Origin: an uncultured Clostridia bacterium
Lineage (GTDB): Bacteria; Bacillota; Limnochordia; DTU080; RSA5
Length of the DNA: 63,530 nucleotides
Reading direction: 5' to 3'
Assembly: GCA_964424335.1 (NCBI GenBank)
Contig: CAYRIY010000001.1
Location: forward strand, 60,340 to 123,869
The notes under the pieces were generated by a model. That model was not told the DNA's origin. It saw only the letters and a list, made by a program, of their open reading frames with translations, and made no database searches. Shown piece by piece: positions 26,502 to 35,318 of the stretch. The translations under genes and the position numbers were made by a program. How positions within the stretch are numbered: position 1 is the first letter of the stretch; every line of letters begins with the position of its first letter.

Positions 26502-27367
26502 AGCTCACACTTAGGCAGCGTCAGTCGATCAACGGGTTTCTGTTCATCCTGCCGTGGCTGATCGGATTCCTGGTCTTCGTGGCAAGGCCGTTCACGCACT
26601 CGCTCCGCCTAGCATTCAGCAAAGTCGATATGATGGCGGGTTTCAGCCTTAGCTTCGTGGGCTGGGACAACTTCAACGAGGCGTTCTTTATCGACGAGCG
26701 GTTTGTGCCAATCTTGGTGACGGTAATTCAAAGAAACCTCGTGGACGTGCCGATCATCCTGACATTCGCACTGTTCACGGCGTTCTTGGTTCACCAAAAG
26801 ATCCGGGGCGTCGCCCTATTTCGGGCGATCTTCTTCCTACCGGTCGTGATTGCGTCCGGCCTTGTGGTCGAGCGACTCTTCCAGCAGGAGGTCGGATCTC
26901 TCGAAGCGGTGGTCGGCCTCGACGTACCGACGCTGGTATACATGTACTTGCCGGCGCAGTTTGCCGATATCGTCATCGACGTGATGACGCGCTTGACGCT
27001 GATACTGTGGCGCTCGGGAATCCAGATCCTGCTCTTCATCGCAGGTTTCCAAGGAATTTCCGGATCGCTCTACGAAGCTTCCAGGATCGACGGCGCTACC
27101 GACTGGGAGATATTCTGGAAGATTACGTTGCCGATGTTGTCGCCGATCATTATCGTCAATACGATTTACACGATCGTCGACGGCTTTACGGATATCTTCA
27201 ACCCGATGGTCAACTTCCTGAGGACCGTAGCGTTCTCCGGTTCGTTCCGATTGGGTTACGCTGCGGCGTTAGGGTGGATTTACTTCCTGTTGATCTTCCT
27301 TTTGATCGGCGCGGTGTTTATCTCCTCAAGGAAGTGGGTGTATTACGGTGGCGAACGCGACAGTTGA
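26498..27367 (+). CDS. CUT1 sugar ABC transporter permease (MalF-like), pair 2
   Basis: EAA loop EASRIDGATDWEIFWKITLPMLSP. The preferred TTG start at 26498 overlaps the upstream TGA (ATTGA), with GGAGGAGGG 9 nt upstream. Confidence 0.9.
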   Translation: MKLTLRQRQSINGFLFILPWLIGFLVFVARPFTHSLRLAFSKVDMMAGFSLSFVGWDNFNEAFFIDERFVPILVTVIQRNLVDVPIILTFALFTAFLVHQKIRGVALFRAIFFLPVVIASGLVVERLFQQEVGSLEAVVGLDVPTLVYMYLPAQFADIVIDVMTRLTLILWRSGIQILLFIAGFQGISGSLYEASRIDGATDWEIFWKITLPMLSPIIIVNTIYTIVDGFTDIFNPMVNFLRTVAFSGSFRLGYAAALGWIYFLLIFLLIGAVFISSRKWVYYGGERDS

Positions 27368-28316
27368 GCCCCGCCGGGGTATGGAGACGAGGGAGAAGCA
27401 TCGGCTTTCAGCGACCGGCATACCTTGGACCCTCGTGGTGCTGAGGAAGGTCCAGCGCTACTTCTTCCTGGGCCTGGTCTACTTGCTCTTGATCGACATT
27501 GCCTTCGCATTCCTGCTGCCGGTGATCTACATGGCCTCATCGTCGCTCATGACGGTGCAGGACTTCCTCGATCCGGGCGTCTATTGGATTCCGAGGGCGG
27601 TGTACTGGGATAACATCGTCTTGGCCTTTCAGAGCATGAACTACCTCGTGGGGCTCAAGAACAGCGCAACGATCGTGCTGTTCGCCACCGCGGGTCAGAT
27701 CATCTCCTGTTCGCTTGCGGGATACGGCTTTGCAAGGTTCAAGTTTCCCGGGCGGGACCTCCTGTTCATGTTGGTCTTGTTCACGTTCATCGTGCCGCCG
27801 CAGACGATCATTGTGCCGCTGTTCATTTTGTACAGGCAGCTTGGATGGATCGACACGTTCATGCCCTTTACGGTGCCGGCATTCCTGGCGCACGGCTTGC
27901 GGGGATCACTGCTCGTGTTGATCTTCCGGCAGTTCTTCAAGAGACAGCCCTATGAGTTGGAGGAAGCGGCATACATCGACGGCTGTAGCCCTGTGCGCAC
28001 GTATGCGCAGATCATGCTGCCGCTCGCCCGTCCTGCGTTGCTCGTTGGATTCCTCTTCTCGCTCGTATGGCATTGGAACGACTACTACGAGCCGATGATG
28101 TACCTGATGAAGCCGCAGAACTTTACGGTGCCGCTGCGCCTGCAGATCCTGCAGCAAGGGTTGCAGGAGATCACCGGCGGCGCGGCAGGGGAGATCTTCA
28201 ACGAACCCCTGGTCATGGCGGCGTGCTTCCTGGTCGTCATTCCGCCGCTTGTGCTTTACTTGTTTGCTCAGCGGTTCTTCGTCGAGTCGATCGATCGTAC
28301 CGGCCTCGTCGACTGA
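27348..28316 (+). CDS. CUT1 carbohydrate ABC transporter permease (MalG-like), pair 2
   Basis: EAA loop EAAYIDGCSPVRTYAQIMLPLARP. The start is uncertain (GTG 27348 or ATG 27381). Confidence 0.9.
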   Translation: MANATVEPRRGMETREKHRLSATGIPWTLVVLRKVQRYFFLGLVYLLLIDIAFAFLLPVIYMASSSLMTVQDFLDPGVYWIPRAVYWDNIVLAFQSMNYLVGLKNSATIVLFATAGQIISCSLAGYGFARFKFPGRDLLFMLVLFTFIVPPQTIIVPLFILYRQLGWIDTFMPFTVPAFLAHGLRGSLLVLIFRQFFKRQPYELEEAAYIDGCSPVRTYAQIMLPLARPALLVGFLFSLVWHWNDYYEPMMYLMKPQNFTVPLRLQILQQGLQEITGGAAGEIFNEPLVMAACFLVVIPPLVLYLFAQRFFVESIDRTGLVD

Positions 28317-28467
28317 TCGAGAAGTCGCTCGAGGTGGCAGGATTTTTGCGCTCGACAATGTAATGTTCTATCTCCGAAGCGATTCGCCCCGCGGGTCCAC
28401 CGGCAACCGCCGGAGGAGCGTGGGGCGTTTTACTACACCATACGGTATTACGAGGAGTTGATGGACA

Positions 28468-29550
28468 TTGAGTAAGTTGAAGGTCGGCATCATTGGCAGT
28501 GGCGGCATCGCTAGGGGACATGCCCGCGCATATAAGGAGGTCCCGTACGTCGACGTGGTCGGCGTCTGCGATATCGTTCCGGGTAAGGCGAGGGAGTTTA
28601 TCGAGGCCGAAGGATTGGAAGGCGCCCAGGCCTTTGAAAATCACGAGGATCTTTTTGCACTCGGCGTCGATGCCGTGAGCGTCTGCACTCCGAACGTAGC
28701 ACACCACAGCATGTCGGTTGCGGCCTTGAATGCAGGCGTCCACGTGTTGGTCGAAAAGCCAATGGCGGTAACCCTCGACCAGGCTGTCGACATGGCTCGT
28801 GCGGCGAAAAAAGCGGACCGCATCCTCTCGATCGGGTTTCAGCCGCGCTATGATCCGAATACCAAGGTAATCAAGGACATTGTGCAATCCGGGGAACTAG
28901 GCAATATCTATTATGTCGAGACCGGAGGAGGACGCCGGCGGGGAATGCCCGGCGGCACCTTTATCAAACAGGAGATTGCGGGAGCGGGAGCGATGGCGGA
29001 CATCGGGTGTTACTCGCTCGATCTGGTTTTGAATGCGCTCGGTTATCCGAAGCCGCTCACGGTCTCCGCGGCGACATACAACTTCTTCGGCACGTCACCG
29101 AAGTACCATCCGCAGGCCGACCAGTTCGACGTGGAAGACTTCGGCGCCGCGCTTGTCAGGCTGGAGGGCGGGATCACGCTTCACTTCAAGATTTCTTGGG
29201 CCATGCACATGGATACGCTCGGCGCCACGTTTTTCTTGGGCTCTGAAGCAGGTCTGAAGTTGACGCCTGCAGGCTCCGGTCCGTGGAGCGGCGTTTGGGA
29301 CGGTGGTGTCGGCTCGATCACGTTGTACTACGACAAGCTTGGTCACATGACCGAGAGCCCGATCCCAGTGAAATCGCACCGGATCAACATCTTTGCCGAG
29401 AAGGTGAAGGACTTCGCTCGTGCGGTTCGTGAGGGTGATAAGGCGCCGATCCCGCCTGATGAGATCTTGAAGAATCAAGCGATCATCGACGGGGTGCTTC
29501 GGTCCGCGAAACTTGGCAAAGAAGTCGAGATCGTAATCCCCGAGATCTAG
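28468..29550 (+). CDS. Gfo/Idh/MocA-family NAD(P)-dependent oxidoreductase
   Basis: N-terminal Rossmann KVGIIGSGGIARGH; EKPMA motif (VLVEKPMAV). TTG start with GAGGAG upstream. Confidence 0.9.
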   Translation: MSKLKVGIIGSGGIARGHARAYKEVPYVDVVGVCDIVPGKAREFIEAEGLEGAQAFENHEDLFALGVDAVSVCTPNVAHHSMSVAALNAGVHVLVEKPMAVTLDQAVDMARAAKKADRILSIGFQPRYDPNTKVIKDIVQSGELGNIYYVETGGGRRRGMPGGTFIKQEIAGAGAMADIGCYSLDLVLNALGYPKPLTVSAATYNFFGTSPKYHPQADQFDVEDFGAALVRLEGGITLHFKISWAMHMDTLGATFFLGSEAGLKLTPAGSGPWSGVWDGGVGSITLYYDKLGHMTESPIPVKSHRINIFAEKVKDFARAVREGDKAPIPPDEILKNQAIIDGVLRSAKLGKEVEIVIPEI

Positions 29551-29590
29551 TCCCTGGCTTAGCCAAGGTGGTCTCATCGTCATAATCTCA

Positions 29591-29639
29591 AATAGCCCTT
29601 CGGTTGCGGTTTCGTTATAAACCGCGCTGGAGGGCTATT
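29591..29639 (+). terminator. Compound hairpin terminating the cluster
   Basis: AATAGCCCT...(inner GCGGTTT-N6-AAACCGC)...AGGGCTATT, 41 nt after the stop. The U tract is weak (TCTCCTT). Confidence 0.45.
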
Positions 29640-29732
29640 CTCCTTGTGGCACCGGGGCTTGATGGCTGGCATACCTTGATTTGAATCCCGGTGGGAGGAG
29701 GGGGGACCGCTCCAGAAGGGCGGTTAACTCTT

Positions 29733-32261
29733 ATGGCAGAAGACCACGAAGTGAGTAATCGCGACAGTTTAGAAGCTCCGGATCGCCAGACGGTTGCGGT
29801 TGAGGTTCGCGAGGCGATACTCTCTGGCGACTCGCACGTGAGCCGAGGTCGGTTTAGAGCTGCGATAAAGATTTGGCGGGATCTGCTCGACCGATACGAT
29901 CCCTTCCTTGAGGAGAAGGAGCGCGAGCAGGTTCGCAGTCGTATTGCGAGCGCATATTTCGAACGAAGTCAGATTACGCTCAAAGGTTCCTCGCCCAATC
30001 GAAAGCTCGTGGGCAAGGGTATGTTACGTCTTGAGCAGGCTTTGAGATGGGATCCGAGCAATAAGGATTACCTGTTTGAGATGGGGCGTTGCCACTGGAT
30101 CCTCGGCGACGTCGAAAAGGCGGCCAAATGGTTTGGTGAAGCCGCTGAGGCTGCGCCCGACGACGTTCGGATCATTTACGCCTTTGCACTTTGCAAGCTG
30201 TTGCTTGGCCGGCCACAATTGACGCTGGAGCTGTTGGAATCGTCTGCCTACCGCCCGACCGGCTCCAGGGTGCCTGGGTACCCGTCGGAAGGGGCGTGGC
30301 AACGTCTCATCGTGCTCGCTACGGCAGCGACCGGCAATGCGGAAAAGGCCTTGCGCATGCTGCTCGAACGTCCCCGAGGGACGCCTTCTGGACAATGGGT
30401 TGCAGATGTTGTCTCGATCGCACTCGCGGGCACTCCGTCACGGGGCGTGTGCGAGTCCCTCGAAGCGATCCGCGATAGTTTGGTCAAGGCGGGCGATACG
30501 GGCGAAGGCGCTCAAATAAGCCGAATTTTGGGCGACTTGTACCACGCGCTCGGGGACTACGAGAAGGCGGTAAATGCCTGGGTGGGGTCGCGCGGTCGAA
30601 CTACGGAACCCGTCCAAGATCTGACCAAAGTGATCAGCGCTTGTGAACGCCAGGCGCTAAGTGCACTCGCGGACCAAAGCTTTGACGAGGCAGAGAAATG
30701 GTGTATGCTCTGTCAGAGTATACAAGATGGCGAGCCCGTGACGCGTCGGATCCTCGCCGCGGCACACACGCTCCGAGGAAACTCGCAGTGGCGAGCCAAT
30801 CGGCGGGATGAGGCTGTTTTGGCGTGGGAGAAGTCGCTTCAAGTGGCATCCGGCATCGCCGCTTCCTGGAATTTGGCTGTCTCTAACGAGTTGTCGGGCA
30901 AGTGGAGCAAGGCCGCCGAACAGTGGAAGGCGGTAATAAAGATCGCAGAGGAGCGAGGCGATCGAGCCCTTGCACGCTCCGCAGCTCGGCGCATGACATT
31001 GGCGCACCTTAGGGCGGAAGACCTGGAAGAGGCAATTCGGGGATTGCGGTACGCACTACAGCTTGGCGATGATCTAAACGATCGCAAAGCGCTCGGATTT
31101 CTTGCGGCGGCCGCAAACCAAGCCGACGAGGCAGCAAACATTTTTCAGGGTTTGATTGGACTTTCCGAGGACGGAGATACCCTGCTCGGGCTGGCCATCG
31201 CCTGTGAGGCAGGTAACAAAGGGATCCAGGTTCGGGCAGACCAATGGCGCAAGGTGCTCGGGGTGACTGATGATCCTGACGCACGTGCCATGTGGCGCCG
31301 CCATACGATCGCCCTTGGGATGCAGGCTTGGAAAGGCAACGATTTTCAAGGCGCGATGCGACGATTTGCGGAGTTGCTGCTCGAGGATCGGCTCGACGTC
31401 GACGGCTGGATCTGGTGTGGGGCGCTCCACCTGGATCAAGGTAGGGAAGATCGAGCCAAAGATTGCTTTGACCAGGCTCTCATCGCCGGTGGGGAGGAGA
31501 GTGCCGAGACCTTTGTGAAGCTTGGCGGCCGGTATCTCGCGGCAGGGCGTCAGCAGTCGGCGACTCAACTCTTCTCGAAAGCTCTGAAGGCGTCCGCGTC
31601 GCCGCGCACGCACCGATTGATTGCCGAGTCTTGTTTCGACGCGGATCGCCCCGACATCGCATACGAGCATTTGCGAGAGGGCGTGCGCCGCTCAGAGCCG
31701 CACGATAGAGAGCTCTTCGCGCTCCTGCGGCTCGCGGCGATGCATCTGCCGGAGAAGGGAGACACGCTATCGCTTTGCCAAGAGGCCCTGGCCGTTACGA
31801 GCGAACCCACCAAAGTAAAGTTGCTCGTAGCAGCCCATTACCTACGCAATCAGGAGTGGCGAAACGCACAGGACGTCCTTGAGGAACTGACGCAAGTGGC
31901 GAAGGAAGAAGGCGATCGCATGCTGCAAGAAGAGGTAGAGACCTTTTTCCGAGCGCTTATCTTGCCGCTTACGATTGGCAAGGCGGACAGTTCGTTCGAT
32001 GTGGACGCGCACATTGCCCGCCTTTTGGAGCTTTGGGCCTTCGCCGGCGAGGGCGACCCCGACGAGTCCAACGCCTCGATAAGCGCTTGGCTCGAGCGGG
32101 CGGTCGGGATCGCTCGATCGATCCTCGAGGGCGCCGTGCATGATGTCGACTTGCGCGAACCCGAAATCGACCTTTCAAAGCCCAGGCTTGCCATCGAGAC
32201 GCCTCGCTTTGAGAGAGGGCTCAACCTGGCGGAACTTGTGGCACGCGAACGTGTCTTTTAA
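29733..32261 (+). CDS. Large TPR-repeat protein
   Basis: Helical repeat pattern throughout (A..W.....LG......A...F..AL). ATG at 29733 is preferred over the GTG at 29691. The 3' end overlaps the convergent gene by 41 nt. Confidence 0.7.
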   Translation: MAEDHEVSNRDSLEAPDRQTVAVEVREAILSGDSHVSRGRFRAAIKIWRDLLDRYDPFLEEKEREQVRSRIASAYFERSQITLKGSSPNRKLVGKGMLRLEQALRWDPSNKDYLFEMGRCHWILGDVEKAAKWFGEAAEAAPDDVRIIYAFALCKLLLGRPQLTLELLESSAYRPTGSRVPGYPSEGAWQRLIVLATAATGNAEKALRMLLERPRGTPSGQWVADVVSIALAGTPSRGVCESLEAIRDSLVKAGDTGEGAQISRILGDLYHALGDYEKAVNAWVGSRGRTTEPVQDLTKVISACERQALSALADQSFDEAEKWCMLCQSIQDGEPVTRRILAAAHTLRGNSQWRANRRDEAVLAWEKSLQVASGIAASWNLAVSNELSGKWSKAAEQWKAVIKIAEERGDRALARSAARRMTLAHLRAEDLEEAIRGLRYALQLGDDLNDRKALGFLAAAANQADEAANIFQGLIGLSEDGDTLLGLAIACEAGNKGIQVRADQWRKVLGVTDDPDARAMWRRHTIALGMQAWKGNDFQGAMRRFAELLLEDRLDVDGWIWCGALHLDQGREDRAKDCFDQALIAGGEESAETFVKLGGRYLAAGRQQSATQLFSKALKASASPRTHRLIAESCFDADRPDIAYEHLREGVRRSEPHDRELFALLRLAAMHLPEKGDTLSLCQEALAVTSEPTKVKLLVAAHYLRNQEWRNAQDVLEELTQVAKEEGDRMLQEEVETFFRALILPLTIGKADSSFDVDAHIARLLELWAFAGEGDPDESNASISAWLERAVGIARSILEGAVHDVDLREPEIDLSKPRLAIETPRFERGLNLAELVARERVF

Positions 32262-33624
32262 ATCGATCAAAGAACTCCCGTTGATTGGCCCTAAGTACGC
32301 GGCGGGCGACATCGATCGCCTGCCGCTCGCTCATGTAACCTTCGTCCACCTCTTGCCACATGGCCCTGGCAAACCAGGAGCGACATTGCGCAGCAAAGGC
32401 CGCCGCGGCGGTGGGCCACACTGTATCTCCGCCAAATCCAAAAACCTTGTTTGTCGGGACAGCATGGATGAGACTTCGCACGCAATGAGTCGTCGCAATC
32501 GGGTCGATCGACCAAGCCCAACAAAGGTCTGCATACACGTTGGGAAAGTGCTTCACAAGGCTCACGAACTCGTAGAAGTGCGGGTAGCCCGTGTGCATGA
32601 GGACAAAGCGGGTCTTTGGGTGGCGTTTGAAGAGCGGGGCAAGGTGTGCCGGATTGACGGCGGCGGGATGAAATCCGTCGTTGCCCGCGAGTATTCCTGT
32701 GTGAATCTTCACAGGCAAATCCCACTCGCCTGCAAGGCGCAGGCCGTAATCGAGACACCAATCTCCGATGCAAAGTCGATCGCTCGTGGATTCGGGGTAG
32801 GCGTTTCCGGTTGACGACCGAGTTGACGGCCGAGTCGAACGAGCGCGCCCGTTTACGAGCAACCGCTCGAGTGCATGGCGTGCCTCGATGTCGGAACGGG
32901 GCTGCCACTCGAGCGAGCGCTGGTAGGCATGTTGCGTCTTGATGGCGACCGCACGCGGACCGTGTCTTTCCAGCACCGCTTCCATCGCTCTTTTCAGGCT
33001 GTGTAGGTCGACGATCTCGACACCGGTCTCTCGCTGGATGTAACCGTGATTGAAACTTCCGTTGCTAAACTGGGTCCATGTCACGTCTTTTAGAAAAAAG
33101 TCGGGGCTCTCGTCGTCGGGCGCCGTCGAGAATGTGAAATCGTCGATTTGGACGTGATCAAGTCCAGCGATGTCCTGCAAGATCCTCAGTCGGCCACCCG
33201 GCTGACGGTAGGAAAGAAGGGTCTCCTCCGAACCAGCGATCGAGCTTGGGGTAAGTTCGTCGATTCCGTAGATGAGCTTTGCCTGGAGCCGGACCGCTTC
33301 ACCGTATCCGGTCCATCGAATAGCTTCCCAGTACGGCTTTAACCTTTTAAATCGCGCCTCGATGTCCAGATTGGCGGCGTCGAATATGAAAGCGAGGTCG
33401 TCTTGGGAGGCTCCGGCGCTTGCAAGGTCCGCTCTTGCATAGTTGGTAAATAGGTCTTGCAATACGTCCGGTCCGTGCTCGACCCAATCCGCAGATTTGC
33501 GCAGGTGCTCATGGGTGTCACACATCCTGATCGAGGCGATCGCATGGGTAAGATCCGACTCAGGGCGAACAGCACTCGGCAATTGGACGGGCGCGGCCAG
33601 AAACGGAGCCGAGTCGTGAGACAT
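32221..33624 (-). CDS. Amidohydrolase-2 / metal-dependent TIM-barrel hydrolase family protein
   Basis: CDTHEHL (HxH) near the N-terminus, then KIHTG and MHTGYP motifs. ATG at 33624 has GGAGG 10 nt upstream. Confidence 0.75.
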   Translation of the reverse strand: MSHDSAPFLAAPVQLPSAVRPESDLTHAIASIRMCDTHEHLRKSADWVEHGPDVLQDLFTNYARADLASAGASQDDLAFIFDAANLDIEARFKRLKPYWEAIRWTGYGEAVRLQAKLIYGIDELTPSSIAGSEETLLSYRQPGGRLRILQDIAGLDHVQIDDFTFSTAPDDESPDFFLKDVTWTQFSNGSFNHGYIQRETGVEIVDLHSLKRAMEAVLERHGPRAVAIKTQHAYQRSLEWQPRSDIEARHALERLLVNGRARSTRPSTRSSTGNAYPESTSDRLCIGDWCLDYGLRLAGEWDLPVKIHTGILAGNDGFHPAAVNPAHLAPLFKRHPKTRFVLMHTGYPHFYEFVSLVKHFPNVYADLCWAWSIDPIATTHCVRSLIHAVPTNKVFGFGGDTVWPTAAAAFAAQCRSWFARAMWQEVDEGYMSERQAIDVARRVLRANQREFFDRFKRHVRVPQVPPG

Positions 33625-33670
33625 GAACGACGAACCTCCAGTCGCAGCACGCTGGTTTCGCAAAGCAGGT

Positions 33671-33711
33671 AAAAAAAGAACCGGTTCCTCGTTGGAGGAA
33701 ATACCGGTTCT
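33671..33711 (-). terminator. Rho-independent terminator after tRNA-Trp
   Basis: Minus strand: AGAACCGGT-N17-ACCGGTTCT followed by TTTTTTT. Confidence 0.7.
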
Positions 33712-33724
33712 CGAAGTTCATAAC

Positions 33725-33800
33725 TGGCAGGGGAGACAGGACTTGAACCCGCAACCTTCGGCTTTGGAGGCCGCTGCTCTACCGATTGAGCTACTCCCCT
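33725..33800 (-). tRNA. trnW: tRNA-Trp (anticodon CCA), CCA end encoded
   Basis: Reverse complement AGGGGAGTAGCTCAATCGGTAGAGCAGCGGCCTCCAAAGCCGAAGGTTGCGGGTTCAAGTCCTGTCTCCCCTGCCA folds as a cloverleaf: 7-bp acceptor stem, GCTC/GAGC D stem, anticodon loop CUCCAAA. Confidence 0.95.
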
Positions 33801-33896
33801 ACGGTGCTTCAGATCAATGACAACGACTACGCTGACTGAAGATAAGTATACCATCTGGGAGAGGACTCGGTCAACCCGACACTCAGCCGAAAGCAC

Positions 33897-34325
33897 TCAC
33901 TCTTTAGCGTCGTCGAGAAACGCCTCGTACCGTTCCATCAAGTCCTGATTGGCTTGAAAAAACTCAACGAGTAGGATCAGGCGCTCGAGTGTATTTGAGC
34001 TCAAGTGGTGCTCGATTCCTTCGATATCCTTTTCGACCGTGGCCTGGTCGTTTACCCCGAGCAAATGAAGAAAATCTTCGAGGGCCTTGTGCCGGCGACG
34101 AATCGAACGGCCGACTCGCTCGCCCTCTTGGGTAAGGGTGAGACCGCGGTACCGCTCGTACTCCAGCAGATTTTGCTCGCCAAGTTTTTGCACCATGCGC
34201 GTCACTGTGGACGGGCGCACCTGCAACGCTTCAGCGATGTCGCTCACCCTGGCATACCCCTTCTCCTGAATGAGCGAGTAAATACGTTCGAGGTAGTCCT
34301 CGGCGGTTGACGTCGGCGTTGGCAT
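33897..34325 (-). CDS. mntR: Manganese transport regulator MntR (DtxR family)
   Basis: Strong similarity by eye to B. subtilis MntR: [26 protein letters not shown]...VTRMVQKL...YRGLTLT..G...RRH..LE.FL...GIEHHLS. Confidence 0.9.
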   Translation of the reverse strand: MPTPTSTAEDYLERIYSLIQEKGYARVSDIAEALQVRPSTVTRMVQKLGEQNLLEYERYRGLTLTQEGERVGRSIRRRHKALEDFLHLLGVNDQATVEKDIEGIEHHLSSNTLERLILLVEFFQANQDLMERYEAFLDDAKE

Positions 34326-34355
34326 GCTTGACTCCTTTTATGAAAGTGCTGGCCT

Positions 34356-35255
34356 TCATTGTACCACACTTTGTCCCTCCGGCCCAATTCGCTGAAGCCA
34401 TCGCTTGGTAATGACGCCTTGCGAAGGAGAGAAAAGCATCGCCAGAAGGAAAAGCACCCCGGATACGCCCGCCATGGCGCCGGCGATCGAGCAGTCAATG
34501 AGGTAAGCGACGGCATACCCTCCAACGGAGCTCGCCACCCCGAACAGAACGCTCAAGGCGAGCATTCTCTTTAGGTTTTCGGTGAGGAGGTACGCTGTTG
34601 CCCCAGGTACAATCAGCATCGCGACTGATAGGATGGCGCCCACGCTTTCAAACGCCGCCACGGTCGTGAGCGAGACGAGCCCCATCAGAAGATAGTGGAA
34701 AAGTGCGACGTTGATGCCTACGGCAGCGGCCATCCCGGCATCGAACGCACACAACTTGAATTCCTTAAAGAATACGCCGATCACGATCAAGTTGACGGCG
34801 AACACTGCGCCCATGGTCCACATCGCTCTCGGTCCGAGCACTACTTCACCGATCATGAACACATCCCAAGGAGCGTACGCAATCTCGCCGTACAGGACGT
34901 GCTCGAGATCCAGATGAACTCGACTGGCGAAGGCGGTTAGCAGCACGACGCCAAGGGCGAAAAACGAGGTGAAGGTAACACCGATCGCCGCATCCGACGC
35001 CACACCCGATCCTTCGAGCGCTTGCACCATGACCGCCGTAAGCAGGCCGAACACTGCAGCCCCCACGAACATGCTAACGATGCCCATATCGCCCGTGACG
35101 AGGAATGCCAGCACAATCCCTAAGAGCACTGAATGACTGATTGCGTCCCCGAGCATCGCCATTCGGCGGAGGATGAGGAAGCATCCCACAAAGGCACAGG
35201 CCCCGGCTACCACGGCCCCCGTGCCCATGATCAACAATCCGTATGTGTCAATCAC
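34356..35255 (-). CDS. mntD: Metal (Mn/Zn) ABC transporter permease, ABC-3 family
   Basis: Polytopic. DAISHSVLLGIV motif typical of the MntD/ZnuB/TroD family. Confidence 0.85.
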   Translation of the reverse strand: MIDTYGLLIMGTGAVVAGACAFVGCFLILRRMAMLGDAISHSVLLGIVLAFLVTGDMGIVSMFVGAAVFGLLTAVMVQALEGSGVASDAAIGVTFTSFFALGVVLLTAFASRVHLDLEHVLYGEIAYAPWDVFMIGEVVLGPRAMWTMGAVFAVNLIVIGVFFKEFKLCAFDAGMAAAVGINVALFHYLLMGLVSLTTVAAFESVGAILSVAMLIVPGATAYLLTENLKRMLALSVLFGVASSVGGYAVAYLIDCSIAGAMAGVSGVLFLLAMLFSPSQGVITKRWLQRIGPEGQSVVQ

Positions 35256-35318
35256 CGCTGTACCGCCTTTCCAACTCGCATCGGCAACCGTCCGTCGATA
35301 AACTTAGGTCGCCACAAA

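Noticed and set aside
32221-32261. 41-nt 3'-3' overlap of the convergent TPR and amidohydrolase genes.
   Set aside because: Convergent overlaps of this size occur in compact GC-rich genomes. No hairpin or other signal suggests special regulation.
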